A DNA stretch of 64,000 bases from an uncultured Geobacter sp. Its GTDB lineage: Bacteria > Desulfobacterota > Desulfuromonadia > Geobacterales > Geobacteraceae. This document shows positions 9,775 through 21,269 of this stretch, piece after piece. The notes beneath the pieces were generated by a model that made no database searches, had not been told where the DNA came from, and worked only from the letters and a program-made list of their open reading frames with translations. The stretch covers positions 90,512 through 154,511 of the forward strand of contig CAZBEB010000008.1 in the NCBI GenBank assembly GCA_964490805.1, written 5' to 3'. Positions within the stretch are counted from its first letter, which is position 1; each line of letters begins with the position of its first letter. The translations under genes and the position numbers were made by a program.

Positions 9775-10752
9775 TCAGGAAAACAGTTTGTTGCTGAAAT
9801 GACACGCGGCCAGATGTTCTGAAGCCTTCTCTTCCAGGGGGGGGCGTGTAGTGGCGCAGACCGGCTCCGCGTAGGGGCAGCGGGGATGAAAGGGGCACCC
9901 CGGCGGCGGGTCGAGGGGGGTGGGCGGTTCTCCGTTCAGGATGATCCGTTTCTTTTGAGGTGTGGAGGTCACTTGTGGAACGGCCGAGAGAAGCGCCTCG
10001 GTATAGGGGTGCCGGAACCGGTTGAAAATATCGTCGCTGCGGCCGGTTTCGACGATTCTCCCCAGGTACATGACCGCCACCCGGTCGCTCAGGTGGCGAA
10101 TAACGGAGAGATCGTGGGCGATGAAGAGATACGAAAGCCCCAGGGTCTTCTTCAACTCGTCCAGCAGGTTGATTATCTGTGCCTGGATGGAGAGATCGAG
10201 GGCCGATACCGGCTCGTCGGCAACGATCAGTTGCGGGGAGACCGCCAGTGCGCGGGCGATGCCGATCCGCTGCCGCTGACCTCCGGAAAACTCGTGGGGG
10301 TAGCGGTTGATCTGCTCTGCCGATAGCCCCACCATTCCCATGAGTTCCAGTACCCTCCCGCGACGTTCCCCGTTGGGCACGAGGCGGTGAATCGCAAGGG
10401 GCTCGCCGATGATCTCTCCGACTCTCATCCGCGGATTCAGCGATGAAAAGGGGTCTTGGAAGATCATCTGCACTTCTTTGCGGAAGGCCGCACGCTCATC
10501 TTTCGACGCATCCCCCAGATTCTTGCCCCGAAAGCGTATGGTTCCGCCGTCGGGTTCAAGGAGTCCCATCAGGATTTTTCCCACGGTGGACTTGCCGCAT
10601 CCCGATTCACCCGCAAGCCCCAGGGTTTCGCCGGGACGGATCTGTAGCGTCACCCCGTCAACGGCTTTAAGCGTCTTGCGGGGGGCAAAGGGAGTTGGCC
10701 TCACCGCAAAGGACTTTGCGATATCTTCAGCTTCGATAAGGGGAGTTGTCAT
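9775..10752 (-). CDS. oligopeptide/dipeptide ABC transporter ATP-binding protein (OppF/DppF type)
   Basis: Walker [10 protein letters not shown], signature FSGGQRQR and Walker B LIVADEP are present. The C-terminal oligopeptide-type extension has Cys motifs. The start is set at an ATG that forms an ATGA overlap with the upstream gene. Confidence 0.85.
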   Translation of the reverse strand: MTTPLIEAEDIAKSFAVRPTPFAPRKTLKAVDGVTLQIRPGETLGLAGESGCGKSTVGKILMGLLEPDGGTIRFRGKNLGDASKDERAAFRKEVQMIFQDPFSSLNPRMRVGEIIGEPLAIHRLVPNGERRGRVLELMGMVGLSAEQINRYPHEFSGGQRQRIGIARALAVSPQLIVADEPVSALDLSIQAQIINLLDELKKTLGLSYLFIAHDLSVIRHLSDRVAVMYLGRIVETGRSDDIFNRFRHPYTEALLSAVPQVTSTPQKKRIILNGEPPTPLDPPPGCPFHPRCPYAEPVCATTRPPLEEKASEHLAACHFSNKLFS

Positions 10753-11711
10753 CGGTATTTCCAGCACCGGACGCGGTGCCCCGGCGCGATTTCCCTGAGT
10801 TGTGGCTGTTCGTGGCCGCATTCCCACCGTTTATCGGGGCAGCGGGAGCAGAAACCGCAGCCGGGGATCTCTTCCAGAAGGCTTGGGACATGGCCGGGTA
10901 TTGTCTTGAGTGGGCGGCCCGGCTCGCTTCGCTGGGGGAGGGAGGCAAGCAGCCCCTCGGTGTAGGGGTGGAGGGGAGAGGAGAGGAGTTCGTGAGTCGG
11001 TCCCTCTTCCACGATCCGTCCCGCGTACATGACGAGGGTGCGATCGGCCCGCTCGGCCACTACGCCCAGGTCATGGGTGATGAGCAGAAGCGCCATCCGG
11101 TTTTCTTCCCGCAACCGGTCCATTAGTTCCAGTATCTGTGCCTGGATGGTGACGTCAAGGGCAGTGGTCGGTTCGTCCGCGATGAGGAGTCGTGGTTTGC
11201 AGGCGATGGCCATGGCGATCATAACCCGCTGGCGCATTCCGCCCGAAAGCTGGTGGGGATAATCGTTGAGCCGATCGGCAGGGGAGGGTATCCCCACCTG
11301 GGCCAGCAGCTTTGTTGCTTCCTCAAGGGCTTCATGCCGGGAGAGACCACGGTGAATGATCAACCCTTCCGCAATCTGCCTGCCGATGGAAAAAACCGGG
11401 TTAAGGGAGGTCATCGGCTCCTGAAAGATCATGGCGATCCGGTTCCCGCGGATGCGCCGCATCTCGTCTTCGCTGAGGCGGAGGAGGTCTTGCCCCTCAA
11501 AAATGATTTCGCCGGACGCGATTGCTCCCGGTGGGAGAATGAGGCGCAGAAGCGACAGCGCGGTGACGCTTTTGCCGCATCCCGATTCTCCAACTACGGC
11601 AACCGTTTCCCCCTCGGCAACGGAAAAGTCGATGCCGTTCACTGCATGAACGTCCCCCTCGGCAAGGCGGAAACGGGTGGTAAGTCCTCTGACGGTAAGA
11701 AGGTCCGGCAC
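10749..11711 (-). CDS. oligopeptide/dipeptide ABC transporter ATP-binding protein (OppD/DppD type)
   Basis: Walker A GESGCGKS, signature LSGGMRQR and Walker [13 protein letters not shown] are present, followed by a Cys-rich C-terminal tail. Confidence 0.85.
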   Translation of the reverse strand: MPDLLTVRGLTTRFRLAEGDVHAVNGIDFSVAEGETVAVVGESGCGKSVTALSLLRLILPPGAIASGEIIFEGQDLLRLSEDEMRRIRGNRIAMIFQEPMTSLNPVFSIGRQIAEGLIIHRGLSRHEALEEATKLLAQVGIPSPADRLNDYPHQLSGGMRQRVMIAMAIACKPRLLIADEPTTALDVTIQAQILELMDRLREENRMALLLITHDLGVVAERADRTLVMYAGRIVEEGPTHELLSSPLHPYTEGLLASLPQRSEPGRPLKTIPGHVPSLLEEIPGCGFCSRCPDKRWECGHEQPQLREIAPGHRVRCWKYR

Positions 11712-11833
11712 GATGGAGATTCCTGAACAGGTGATTTGTAGTGCGTCGGTGCGTTGCGGCTCAGGGAGCCTTTATACCATGAGCGGAGGGGAGGGAGCAA
11801 ATCGTAATGCGGATAACGGGCCGGGTGGCCGGA

Positions 11834-13954
11834 TTAAAAGGTGCGGACGCTGTAGCCGCTGATGGGGACCACTTTCCGTGACTCCCGGGGAAGATTCTCC
11901 CGGTTGAAGGAAAAACCGAAGATGCCGCTCTCGATGAGTTCGACGAAGTGCGGCACAAGCTCGGGATCAAACTGACTGCCGGCATGGTCCAGCAGCTCCT
12001 TGACCGCCGCTTCAACCGGAAGTGCCTTGCGGTAAGGGCGGTCCGAGGTCATGGCATCGAAGGCATCGGCTATGGCCAGGATGCGTGATTCAAGAAGCAT
12101 TTTCTCTTTGGCGATGCGGTTGGGGTAACCTCTGCCGTCGAAGCGCTCGTGGTGCTGGCCGATGCAGATCCGCACATCCTTCAGGAAATCGATGGGTTCC
12201 AGGATTTTCATGCCGATGACAGGATGTTGCTGAAGGGCATGAACATCTTCGGGCGAGAGCTCCCCCTCTTTGTGGAGCAGGGTGAGGTCGATGCCGATCT
12301 TGCCGATGTCGTGGAGAATGGCGGCCCGCTCTATTACCTTGAAACGGTCTGGAGTAAGGGAAAGTTTTCGGGCCAGCTCCACTGAGTACCGGGTTACCCG
12401 TTCCGAGTGACCGCGGGTGTAGCTGTCGCTTGCCTCGATGGCGGAAACGAGTGCCTGAATCGTGTGGAGGTAGGTGGACTGCTGCTCATCATAGAGCTGG
12501 GCGTTCTTGATGGCAATGCTTGCCTGGGCGGCGATCGTGACCAGGAGTTCAAGTTCCTCGGCGTTGTAGGTGGAGCTGTCGCGCTTGTTGACAACAGTGA
12601 TGGTGCCGATGATTTCGTCTTTGACGAGAAGCGGCGCGCAGATCAGGTTCTTCCGTTCGTACCCCAGGGCGCTGTAACGGTCAAACTGGGGGAATTCGTT
12701 GATGTCGGGTATGAGGAGAGGGGTGCGGTTTTCGATGACCCATGTCGAGACGCTGGAAGGCTTCATCGGCATGGTAGTGGCGGCTTCATCGGGGATTTCG
12801 TGCCCCTTGAGGGTGGTGACGTGGAGGTCCTGTCCCGACGGGTTGTAGAGGATGATGTAACCGATCTCCGCCTTTAGCGTCTTGACAGTCGTTTCCACGA
12901 TAAGATCGAAAATCTTTTCGCTTTCCATGGTGGAGTTGACGGCAAGCCCGACCTTGTACAGGGTTGAGAGTCGGTCCACCGCTTTACCCAGGTTGGTGTT
13001 CTTGTCTTCCAGTTCGCTTGCCAGGTCGGCTATGCGGTAGTTCGCCTCTTCGATTTCCTCGATTCTCTCCTCCATGCTGACGTTGAGGTTCTCTATCTCC
13101 CGGAGTTGATCCTCGAGTTTTTGGTTCATGAGGTGCATTTCGTGGTGGTGGGCAAGTTTCGACTGGGTCAGGGCCAACTCGCGTTCGTGACTTACGGCGG
13201 TATCCATGTAGTAGCGGAGTTTCTTTGCCATCATGTTGAAATTCCTGGCAAGGGCGCTCATCTCGGTACTGCTGTTGAAGTCGGCCTGCACGTTGAAATC
13301 GCCTTGTTCAACCCGCTGCATTAACGAGAAGATCGTGTTCAGGGGGCGGTTCACGTACGTGTTGATGAAGATGAATATCGTAAGGAGGATGAGCAGAACC
13401 AGTGCAACCATCGATATGGTCATGAAAAGTTTGTCTTGGTCCAGATACGACTGCAGGTAGTCGATGGAGAGGTCGATCTCCAGGGCTCCGAGAAGTGGGG
13501 TGTCGGCGCTGTGGCAGGCGTGGCAGGCCGGCTTGTTGTAGATAGGGGCGATGCTCCTGAAAATCTTATCGCTGTTCGGGGTTGTGATAGGAGTTATGGC
13601 AATTTGCTTGCCGTTTTTAAACATCTCGAGCTCGTCAGGGGTGACCTGAAAACCGATTTCCCTACTGATGGCGGAGTTGAGAATGAGACCTCTTTCGTCG
13701 AAAATGCGGAGGTTCCGGATTCTTTCCCTGCTCTTCAATTGGGCGAGAATATGCTGAACCTCATCGGTTCTGCCACTCATCATCACATTCTCGATGGTGT
13801 GCTGGACCGTAGTGGCAAGAAGGACGGCATTCTGGGCCGAGACCTGCATTATCAGTCGCTTCTGGTGCTGGTACTCCAGAAGGTTGACAATGAAGACGAG
13901 CACAACCACAATGAGGGTTATCGTCCCGAGTATTTTAACTTTGAGTGAATTCAT
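11834..13954 (-). CDS. sensor c-di-GMP phosphodiesterase: periplasmic CXXCH domain - HAMP - coiled coil - GAF - HD-GYP
   Basis: Two TM helices flank a ~140-aa loop that contains CHACH. A HAMP domain (NRPLNTI...NFNMMAKKL) and a GAF domain follow. The output domain carries HDIGKIGI and HHERFDGRGYP. Confidence 0.85.
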   Translation of the reverse strand: MNSLKVKILGTITLIVVVLVFIVNLLEYQHQKRLIMQVSAQNAVLLATTVQHTIENVMMSGRTDEVQHILAQLKSRERIRNLRIFDERGLILNSAISREIGFQVTPDELEMFKNGKQIAITPITTPNSDKIFRSIAPIYNKPACHACHSADTPLLGALEIDLSIDYLQSYLDQDKLFMTISMVALVLLILLTIFIFINTYVNRPLNTIFSLMQRVEQGDFNVQADFNSSTEMSALARNFNMMAKKLRYYMDTAVSHERELALTQSKLAHHHEMHLMNQKLEDQLREIENLNVSMEERIEEIEEANYRIADLASELEDKNTNLGKAVDRLSTLYKVGLAVNSTMESEKIFDLIVETTVKTLKAEIGYIILYNPSGQDLHVTTLKGHEIPDEAATTMPMKPSSVSTWVIENRTPLLIPDINEFPQFDRYSALGYERKNLICAPLLVKDEIIGTITVVNKRDSSTYNAEELELLVTIAAQASIAIKNAQLYDEQQSTYLHTIQALVSAIEASDSYTRGHSERVTRYSVELARKLSLTPDRFKVIERAAILHDIGKIGIDLTLLHKEGELSPEDVHALQQHPVIGMKILEPIDFLKDVRICIGQHHERFDGRGYPNRIAKEKMLLESRILAIADAFDAMTSDRPYRKALPVEAAVKELLDHAGSQFDPELVPHFVELIESGIFGFSFNRENLPRESRKVVPISGYSVRTF

Positions 13955-14152
13955 TGGGTCAACTTGCCGAATGCCCTGTGCTGAGGCCGATATCCAACGG
14001 TGCAGTATTTGCCCCAGTTGGTCTTATGGCGTTATGCGTCAAAAAAATGGAAGCCTTCCGCCTTCGTTTGAGGCATTGTTGCAAGTGGTTTGCCCGCCGA
14101 TGGGTACACCTGTACAAAGCGGCATGAATAGCGGGTTCCGCCCCCTAAACGC

Positions 14153-14181
14153 TTGACATTGAATTGGTCTGCACCTATGAT
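14153..14181 (+). promoter_or_regulatory. candidate sigma70-type promoter upstream of spoIID-like gene
   Basis: TTGACA (14153-14158), a 17-nt spacer and TATGAT (14176-14181) lie in the AT-rich divergent intergenic region. Confidence 0.35.
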
Positions 14182-14337
14182 TACCATCCGTTGCGACATG
14201 GGTCAATGTGCATGTTTTATAAAGGTTAAGCAAATCAGTTGCCAAGTTTTGTATACCAAAAGGGATGCTTCTTCCATCTCTTTGTTTTTTTTAGCGGTGT
14301 TGCCGAAAGTTTTTAATCGGAAGGTTGTCCCGTCACA

Positions 14338-15468
14338 GTGAGGCATCTGTTTGCCATAGCAGCTCTTATTCTGCTGATTGCGGGAAGCGGTTCAGCTGCG
14401 CCTCTTCCATGGCAGGATAGTATCCGGGTTGCCCTCATCAAGGGTGCTGACAGCGTCAGGGTCGATGGTGACGGTCTGCTTGCGGCCGATGGGAGGGGTG
14501 AGCCGCTTCGCCTGGCCTTTCCCGCGCAAGTGAGGCGCGCAGGAGGGTATCTTTCCGTAAGCGGACAGGTCATTGACCGGCTCACCGTTGCCTCGCCATC
14601 CACCATGCTGGTCAACGGCAAGCGTTACCGTGGCGCCATTGAGATCATCCCCTTTGACAAGGGGATTCTGGTCGTGAACGAGCTTCCGCTTGAGGATTAC
14701 CTGGTTGGCCTCATTAATTGCGAGATTTCGTCCCAGTGGCCCATCGAATCAGTGAAGGCTCAGGCTGTGGTGGCGCGAACCTACGCTTACTATCAGAAAA
14801 GAGCACGTGCGGGGGCCTTGTATCATCTGGAGTCGTCGGTCCTGGACCAGGTCTACGACGGGTGCGAGATTGAGGATAGCCGTGCGGCCCGGGGAGTGCA
14901 TGAAACCGCGGGAGAGATACTTGCCTATGGCGGGCAGCCTATCCAGGCATTCTATCATTCCAACTGCGGCGGCCGCACAGAGGTGCCGGAGAACGTATGG
15001 GGAGTTCGCCTTCCCTATCTTTCAAGCGTGGATTGCGCATACTGCGCCACAAATCCGGCAATCCGCTGGGAATATTCTGTCCCTCTCCGGAAACTTGAGA
15101 CGCTTCTCAAAGGGGGGGGCGTCCAGGTTTCGGGGCTACGGGATGTTCGTGAGGGAAAGCGGAACGACAGCGGCAGGCTCGTCGACCTTTCTCTTGTCTC
15201 TGCCGGGGGGGCGACGGTCGTGACGGCGGTTAACTTCCGGAAGATTGTTGGCTATACCGCCATCAAGAGCACCAATTTTACGGTCAGGCTTGCGGCTGAT
15301 TCGGTCCATTTCGCGGGCACCGGATATGGGCACGGGGTGGGCCTTTGCCAGTGGGGAGCAAAACAACGGGCATCCGACGGTTTCTCCTACCGGGAGATTC
15401 TTGCCTACTACTATCCCGGTGCATTGCTGGGTAAAGTTCAGCCGGGGCAGGGTGTCGATGCGCGTTGA
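14338..15468 (+). CDS. SpoIID/LytB domain protein
   Basis: A signal peptide is followed by motifs conserved in SpoIID amidase enhancers ([40 protein letters not shown]). Confidence 0.8.
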   Translation: MRHLFAIAALILLIAGSGSAAPLPWQDSIRVALIKGADSVRVDGDGLLAADGRGEPLRLAFPAQVRRAGGYLSVSGQVIDRLTVASPSTMLVNGKRYRGAIEIIPFDKGILVVNELPLEDYLVGLINCEISSQWPIESVKAQAVVARTYAYYQKRARAGALYHLESSVLDQVYDGCEIEDSRAARGVHETAGEILAYGGQPIQAFYHSNCGGRTEVPENVWGVRLPYLSSVDCAYCATNPAIRWEYSVPLRKLETLLKGGGVQVSGLRDVREGKRNDSGRLVDLSLVSAGGATVVTAVNFRKIVGYTAIKSTNFTVRLAADSVHFAGTGYGHGVGLCQWGAKQRASDGFSYREILAYYYPGALLGKVQPGQGVDAR

Positions 15469-16489
15469 CGATTTCAGCTTCGACCTTCCTCCGGAGTTGA
15501 TTGCCCAGGAACCGCTCGAGCGTCGTGACGCAACCCGCCTCATGACGGTTGACCGGTTGCGTGGAGAGATCGGAGAATTTCCTTTTCGGGAAATTACCCG
15601 GCTTTTTCGCCCTGGCGACCTGCTGGTTGTCAATGACACCCGCGTGATCCCGGCGAGGTTTTTCGGCGTCAAGGAGAGCGGTGGCCGCGTTGAGGTTTTT
15701 CTGGAGCGGAGGCTTTCCTCAGAAGGAGAGCAGTGGCAGTGTCTTCTCCGCTCTTCCAAGCCGTCGCGGACCGGAACCCGCATTCTGCTCCCCGGGGGGG
15801 TGACGGCGGAAGTCCTGGGACGTGGCGAAGGGGATACCTGGCGCCTTTTATTTACACCGGTTGCCGGATTCGACGAGTGGATGGAGCTGCATGGGGCAAT
15901 GCCTCTGCCTCCCTACATAAAGAGGAGTGCGGCCGACGCCGACCGTGAGCGCTACCAGACGGTTTTCGCCAGGCACCAGGGGGCCGTTGCCGCGCCGACA
16001 GCCGGTCTTCACTTTACTCCAGAGCTACTGGAGGAAATCGGGGCGCAAGGGGTCGAGATTGCTCCCCTGACCCTTCATGTGGGGCTCGGTACTTTCATGC
16101 CGGTCAGGGTTGAGAATGTTGAGGAGCACCAGATGCACCGGGAGCGCTTCAGTATTTCTCCCGCCACTGCTGCTGCGGTCAATTTCCGGAAGAAGTCCGG
16201 GGGACGGGTGATTGCCCTCGGAACCACGGTGTGCCGCACTCTGGAGCATGCTGCCGGCGATGATGGAACCGTAACGGCAGGAGAGGGGGAAACCGGCATT
16301 TTCATTTATCCGGGTTACCGGTTCAGGACGGTGGATGCGCTTGTCACCAATTTTCACCTCCCGCAATCGACCCTGCTCATGCTCGTCTCGGCCTTTGCCG
16401 GCAAGGAGCTTCTCTTCAGGGCCTACCAAGAGGCTGTGGCGCGGCGTTTCCGTTTTTTCAGCTACGGCGACGCAATGTTTATCTATTAA
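15458..16489 (+). CDS. queA: S-adenosylmethionine:tRNA ribosyltransferase-isomerase
   Basis: The start is set at [19 protein letters not shown], the canonical QueA N-terminus. PLPPYI and SYGDAMFI motifs are present. The upstream part of the longer ORF overlaps spoIID. Confidence 0.9.
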   Translation: MRVDDFSFDLPPELIAQEPLERRDATRLMTVDRLRGEIGEFPFREITRLFRPGDLLVVNDTRVIPARFFGVKESGGRVEVFLERRLSSEGEQWQCLLRSSKPSRTGTRILLPGGVTAEVLGRGEGDTWRLLFTPVAGFDEWMELHGAMPLPPYIKRSAADADRERYQTVFARHQGAVAAPTAGLHFTPELLEEIGAQGVEIAPLTLHVGLGTFMPVRVENVEEHQMHRERFSISPATAAAVNFRKKSGGRVIALGTTVCRTLEHAAGDDGTVTAGEGETGIFIYPGYRFRTVDALVTNFHLPQSTLLMLVSAFAGKELLFRAYQEAVARRFRFFSYGDAMFIY

Positions 16490-16497
16490 GCCGCTAG

Positions 16498-17646
<1,149 letters not shown>

Positions 17647-17717
17647 CGATTGCTCCATAATAAAACAGGGGAAACCATCGGTTTTGCCCCAGTTATAAAT
17701 CGTTCGGAGGTTATACA

Positions 17718-18038
17718 ATGTTCGGAGTCGCTTTTGCCATGGCCGCACAACCTGGAGGAGCCCAGCCCGGTGGCGCCATGGGCGCATTTCAGGCAATCCT
17801 GCCCCTCGTTTTCATGTTTGCCATTTTCTATTTCCTGCTGATCCGCCCCCAGCAGAAGAAGGCCAAGGAGCACCGCGCTCTGCTCGACTCCCTTAATAAG
17901 GGAGATCAGGTGGTTACCGCCGGCGGAATTCATGGTAAAGTCAGCGCCATAGACGGTGATGTCGTTCTCCTTGAGATTTCCACGGGAGTAACGATAAAAA
18001 TCTCCAAAGGCTACATCGCAAACCTGAAGAAGGACTAG
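17718..18038 (+). CDS. yajC: preprotein translocase subunit YajC
   Basis: A single TM helix is followed by RPQQKK and GDQVVTAGGIHGKV. It sits directly upstream of secD-secF. Confidence 0.85.
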   Translation: MFGVAFAMAAQPGGAQPGGAMGAFQAILPLVFMFAIFYFLLIRPQQKKAKEHRALLDSLNKGDQVVTAGGIHGKVSAIDGDVVLLEISTGVTIKISKGYIANLKKD

Positions 18039-18068
18039 GCCCTTCCGGGTCTGAAAGGAGTTTCGCGC

Positions 18069-19670
18069 ATGCCAAAGGGGCTTACCTGGCGTTTTGGCCT
18101 AATACTGTTGTTCATTTTTCTGTCTTGCCTCTATCTGACTCCGACGTTCGTTTCACCTCTTCCGTCCTGGTGGACGGGGCTTCTCCCCAAGGACAGGATC
18201 AACCTCGGCCTTGATCTTCAGGGGGGGACCCACCTGGTGATGGAGGTGGAGATACAGAAGGCGGTGGAAGGGGCACTCGACCTTATCGCGAGCGATCTTG
18301 AGGACAGCCTTTCCTCCAAGACGATCCGGTTCAAGAAGGTCGGGCGGATCTCGTCCGACCGGATTCAGCTCACCTTCTACGATCGGGGTACCGCCGACAC
18401 CGTCCAGAAGATGGTTAAGGAAAAATATCCGACTCTTGAGCTTGTTCCCCCCTATGATGAGGGCGGATTTGTAAGTATGCAGCTGCGCATGGGCGAGAAG
18501 GAAGCCCAGGAGCGCAAGGATCGCGCCGTGGCCCAGGCCCTGGAGACGATTCGAAACCGTATTGACCAGTTCGGTGTTTCAGAGCCGGTCATTGCCCGGG
18601 AAGGGCTCACCAATATCGTGGTCCAGCTCCCGGGCATCAAGGACCCCAAGCGTGCCATCGAGCTTATTGGCCGCACGGCACGCTTGGAGTTCAAGCTTGT
18701 TGAGGAGGGGATCGACCCGGCGACGGCGACACCGGGCACCATTCCCGAGGATGCGGAGCTTCTCATGGAGAAGAAGACCGATCCCACGACCGGCGCCGTG
18801 ACTGAAATTCCTCTCGTGGTTAAGAAAAAGGCCATGATTACCGGCGATCTTCTCACAGATGCCCAGGTGAGGATCGATTCCCAGTTCAACCAGCCCTATG
18901 TGGCAATTGATTTCAACTCAACGGGGGCCCGCCTGTTCGACCAGGTGACCGCCGCCAATGTGGGGAAGCGTTTTGCCATAGTGCTTGACAGCAACATCTA
19001 CTCCGCGCCGGTTATCCGTGAGCGGATCTCCGGGGGGAGCGCCCAGATCTCCGGTTCGTTCACCGAGAAAGAAGCCGCCGACCTTGCCATTGTGCTTCGG
19101 GCAGGTTCCCTTCCCGCTCCGGTCAAGATTATCCAGAACGAGACGGTCGGTCCGTCCCTTGGTCAGGATTCCATCAACAAGGGGCTTCTCGCCGGCCTTG
19201 TGGGAATCGGTCTCGTTATTGTATTCATGGCACTCTATTACAAACTCTGCGGCATTGTGGCCAACTTCGGCATGGTGCTTAACGTGGTTTACCTCATGGG
19301 GGCGCTGGCTGCCCTGGGAGCAACCCTTACATTGCCTGGCATTGCCGCCATCGTTCTTTTGATAGGAATGTCCGTTGACGCCAACGTACTCATATTCGAG
19401 CGGATCAGGGAGGAGCTGCGCCTCGGGAAACCTCCCAAGGCTGCTCTGGATGCCGGCTATGATAAGGCTTTCCTTACCATCATGGACTCCCACGTGACGA
19501 CTCTCATTACGGCGGCCGTTCTCTTCCAGTTCGGTACTGGTCCGGTCAAGGGTTTTGCCGTATCGCTGAGCCTGGGGGTCATCATCAACCTTTTCACCGC
19601 TCTCGTTGGCACCAAGTCGATATTCGACCTGGTCCTGTCGCGCCTGCATGTCAAGCGTCTGAGCGTCTAG
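18069..19670 (+). CDS. secD: protein translocase subunit SecD
   Basis: The N-terminal TM, large periplasmic domain and C-terminal 5-TM bundle match SecD, as do the motifs LGLDLQGG and FERIREE. Confidence 0.92.
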   Translation: MPKGLTWRFGLILLFIFLSCLYLTPTFVSPLPSWWTGLLPKDRINLGLDLQGGTHLVMEVEIQKAVEGALDLIASDLEDSLSSKTIRFKKVGRISSDRIQLTFYDRGTADTVQKMVKEKYPTLELVPPYDEGGFVSMQLRMGEKEAQERKDRAVAQALETIRNRIDQFGVSEPVIAREGLTNIVVQLPGIKDPKRAIELIGRTARLEFKLVEEGIDPATATPGTIPEDAELLMEKKTDPTTGAVTEIPLVVKKKAMITGDLLTDAQVRIDSQFNQPYVAIDFNSTGARLFDQVTAANVGKRFAIVLDSNIYSAPVIRERISGGSAQISGSFTEKEAADLAIVLRAGSLPAPVKIIQNETVGPSLGQDSINKGLLAGLVGIGLVIVFMALYYKLCGIVANFGMVLNVVYLMGALAALGATLTLPGIAAIVLLIGMSVDANVLIFERIREELRLGKPPKAALDAGYDKAFLTIMDSHVTTLITAAVLFQFGTGPVKGFAVSLSLGVIINLFTALVGTKSIFDLVLSRLHVKRLSV

Positions 19671-19679
19671 GGGGAGTCC

Positions 19680-20588
19680 ATGGAAATTATCGGAAAGACA
19701 CATTTTGATTTCATGGGGAAGAAGAAGATTTCCTTCGCCATATCTATAGTCATAGCCATTCTCGGCATCATCGGCATCGTCCGGATTGCAATGGGGACCG
19801 CCAACATGGGGATTGACTTTTCCGGGGGTACCGCCATTCAGCTCAAGTTCTCCCAGCCGGTGCACATCGACCGGGCCCGGGCAGCTTTGGCAAAGCACGG
19901 CCTCAAAGATGCCAACCTTCAGGAAGTCAAATCGGGGAACAAGCTGCTGGTGAAGATCGGTAAAACCTCGCTTCCCCAGGGCAACGCCGCCGAGCTGATT
20001 CAGGCTGCCTTCCAGAAGGAGTTTGCCGGCAATGCCTTCATTGTGGAGAGCTCCACGGAGATCGGACCTGCCATTGGGGATAAGCTCCGCAAGGACACCC
20101 TGGTCGCAGTGGCAATTTCGCTGATTGCCATTGTTATTTACATTGCCTGGCGGTTCGATTTCAAATTCGGGGTGGGCGCTCTAGTGGCAACCCTCCATGA
20201 TGTTCTTGCGATGTTTGCGGTTTTCTTGGTGCTGGACAAAGAGGTAAACCTCCTGTTCATTACCGCTGTTCTCACCATCGCGGGATATTCGCTCACCGAT
20301 ACGGTCGTCGTATTTGACCGTATCAGGGAGAACCTTCACAAAAACACGAAGGATTCTCTCGAGTCGATTTTCAACTTCAGCATTAATGAAGTTCTTTCCC
20401 GGACAATCATCACTGCGCTTACCACATTTCTGGCCGCAGGGTCTCTTTACTTCTTCGGCGGAGAAGTTATTCACGACTTTGCCCTTGCCCTTGTTGTCGG
20501 CATTCTGGTTGGTATCTACTCGTCGGTATTCGTTGCAAGCCCCATTGTCGAGTTGTGGGGCCGCCGGATAAAGACCAGCAAGGCGTAA
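19680..20588 (+). CDS. secF: protein translocase subunit SecF
   Basis: GIDFSGGT and VFDRIRE motifs are present, and it lies adjacent to secD. Confidence 0.92.
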   Translation: MEIIGKTHFDFMGKKKISFAISIVIAILGIIGIVRIAMGTANMGIDFSGGTAIQLKFSQPVHIDRARAALAKHGLKDANLQEVKSGNKLLVKIGKTSLPQGNAAELIQAAFQKEFAGNAFIVESSTEIGPAIGDKLRKDTLVAVAISLIAIVIYIAWRFDFKFGVGALVATLHDVLAMFAVFLVLDKEVNLLFITAVLTIAGYSLTDTVVVFDRIRENLHKNTKDSLESIFNFSINEVLSRTIITALTTFLAAGSLYFFGGEVIHDFALALVVGILVGIYSSVFVASPIVELWGRRIKTSKA

Positions 20589-20606
20589 AGGCGGGAGGAG
20601 ACGATA

Positions 20607-21203
20607 ATGAGCAAGGAAACGGTACTTTATGTTGTTATTGCGCTTCTTGTCGGCATCCTCGGGACCGTTCTCGTGACGGGGGTAGCCAACAAGCAGAAGG
20701 CGGCGCCGCCTGCCGCCGGAATCCCGGCCGGCGGCGGTTCCCCCGTGGATTACCAGCAGCGCATCACCGAGGCTGAGAAAATAGTTGCCGCTGATCCGAA
20801 GAATTTGCAGGCCTGGGTGCAACTGGGGAATGACTATTTCGACACCGACCAGGCAAAGAAGGCCATAGATGCCTACGGCAAGGCGCTTGAACTCGATCCC
20901 AACAACGCCAATGTGCTCACCGACCAGGGGATCATGTTCAAGCGGGTCGGGTGGTTCGACAGGGCCATCGCAAACTTTGAAAAAGCCCAGCAGCTAGACC
21001 CGAAACATTTGCAAAGCCTTTACAATCTCGGGGTCATTTACATGGCCGACCTGAAACAGCCAGCAAAGGCGGTGAAATACTGGGAACGCTACCTGGAGCT
21101 CGATCCAATGAGTCCGAATTCCCAACAGATTCGGTTAATGCTGGATGAGGCCAAGGGGATGGGGCAATCGTCACCTCCCCAGGGTAATGTTTTCTCTAAG
21201 TGA
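20607..21203 (+). CDS. TPR repeat protein with N-terminal membrane anchor
   Basis: A TM helix is followed by 3-4 TPR units (W..LG..Y......A..AY..AL.L.P.N pattern). Confidence 0.75.
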   Translation: MSKETVLYVVIALLVGILGTVLVTGVANKQKAAPPAAGIPAGGGSPVDYQQRITEAEKIVAADPKNLQAWVQLGNDYFDTDQAKKAIDAYGKALELDPNNANVLTDQGIMFKRVGWFDRAIANFEKAQQLDPKHLQSLYNLGVIYMADLKQPAKAVKYWERYLELDPMSPNSQQIRLMLDEAKGMGQSSPPQGNVFSK

Positions 21204-21220
21204 TACAGTGATATTGAATT

Positions 21221-21245
21221 CCCCGCTCCGGCGGGGTTTTTTCTT
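21221..21245 (+). terminator. rho-independent terminator after TPR gene
   Basis: CCCCGC-tccg-GCGGGG is followed by TTTTTTT. Confidence 0.6.
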
Positions 21246-21269
21246 TAGTAGTGTTGTGCGGGGGAAGAG

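Noticed and set aside
15245-15457. Long N-terminal extensions are suggested by the ORF track for queA. The same applies to pheA 29176, aroA 31112, rpsA 34137, ihfB 35993, endolysin 46949, and ORFs 57576-58280 and 58296-58730.
   Set aside because: The extensions overlap upstream genes or lack ribosome-binding sites. Internal starts give canonical N-termini and sit behind clear Shine-Dalgarno sequences.
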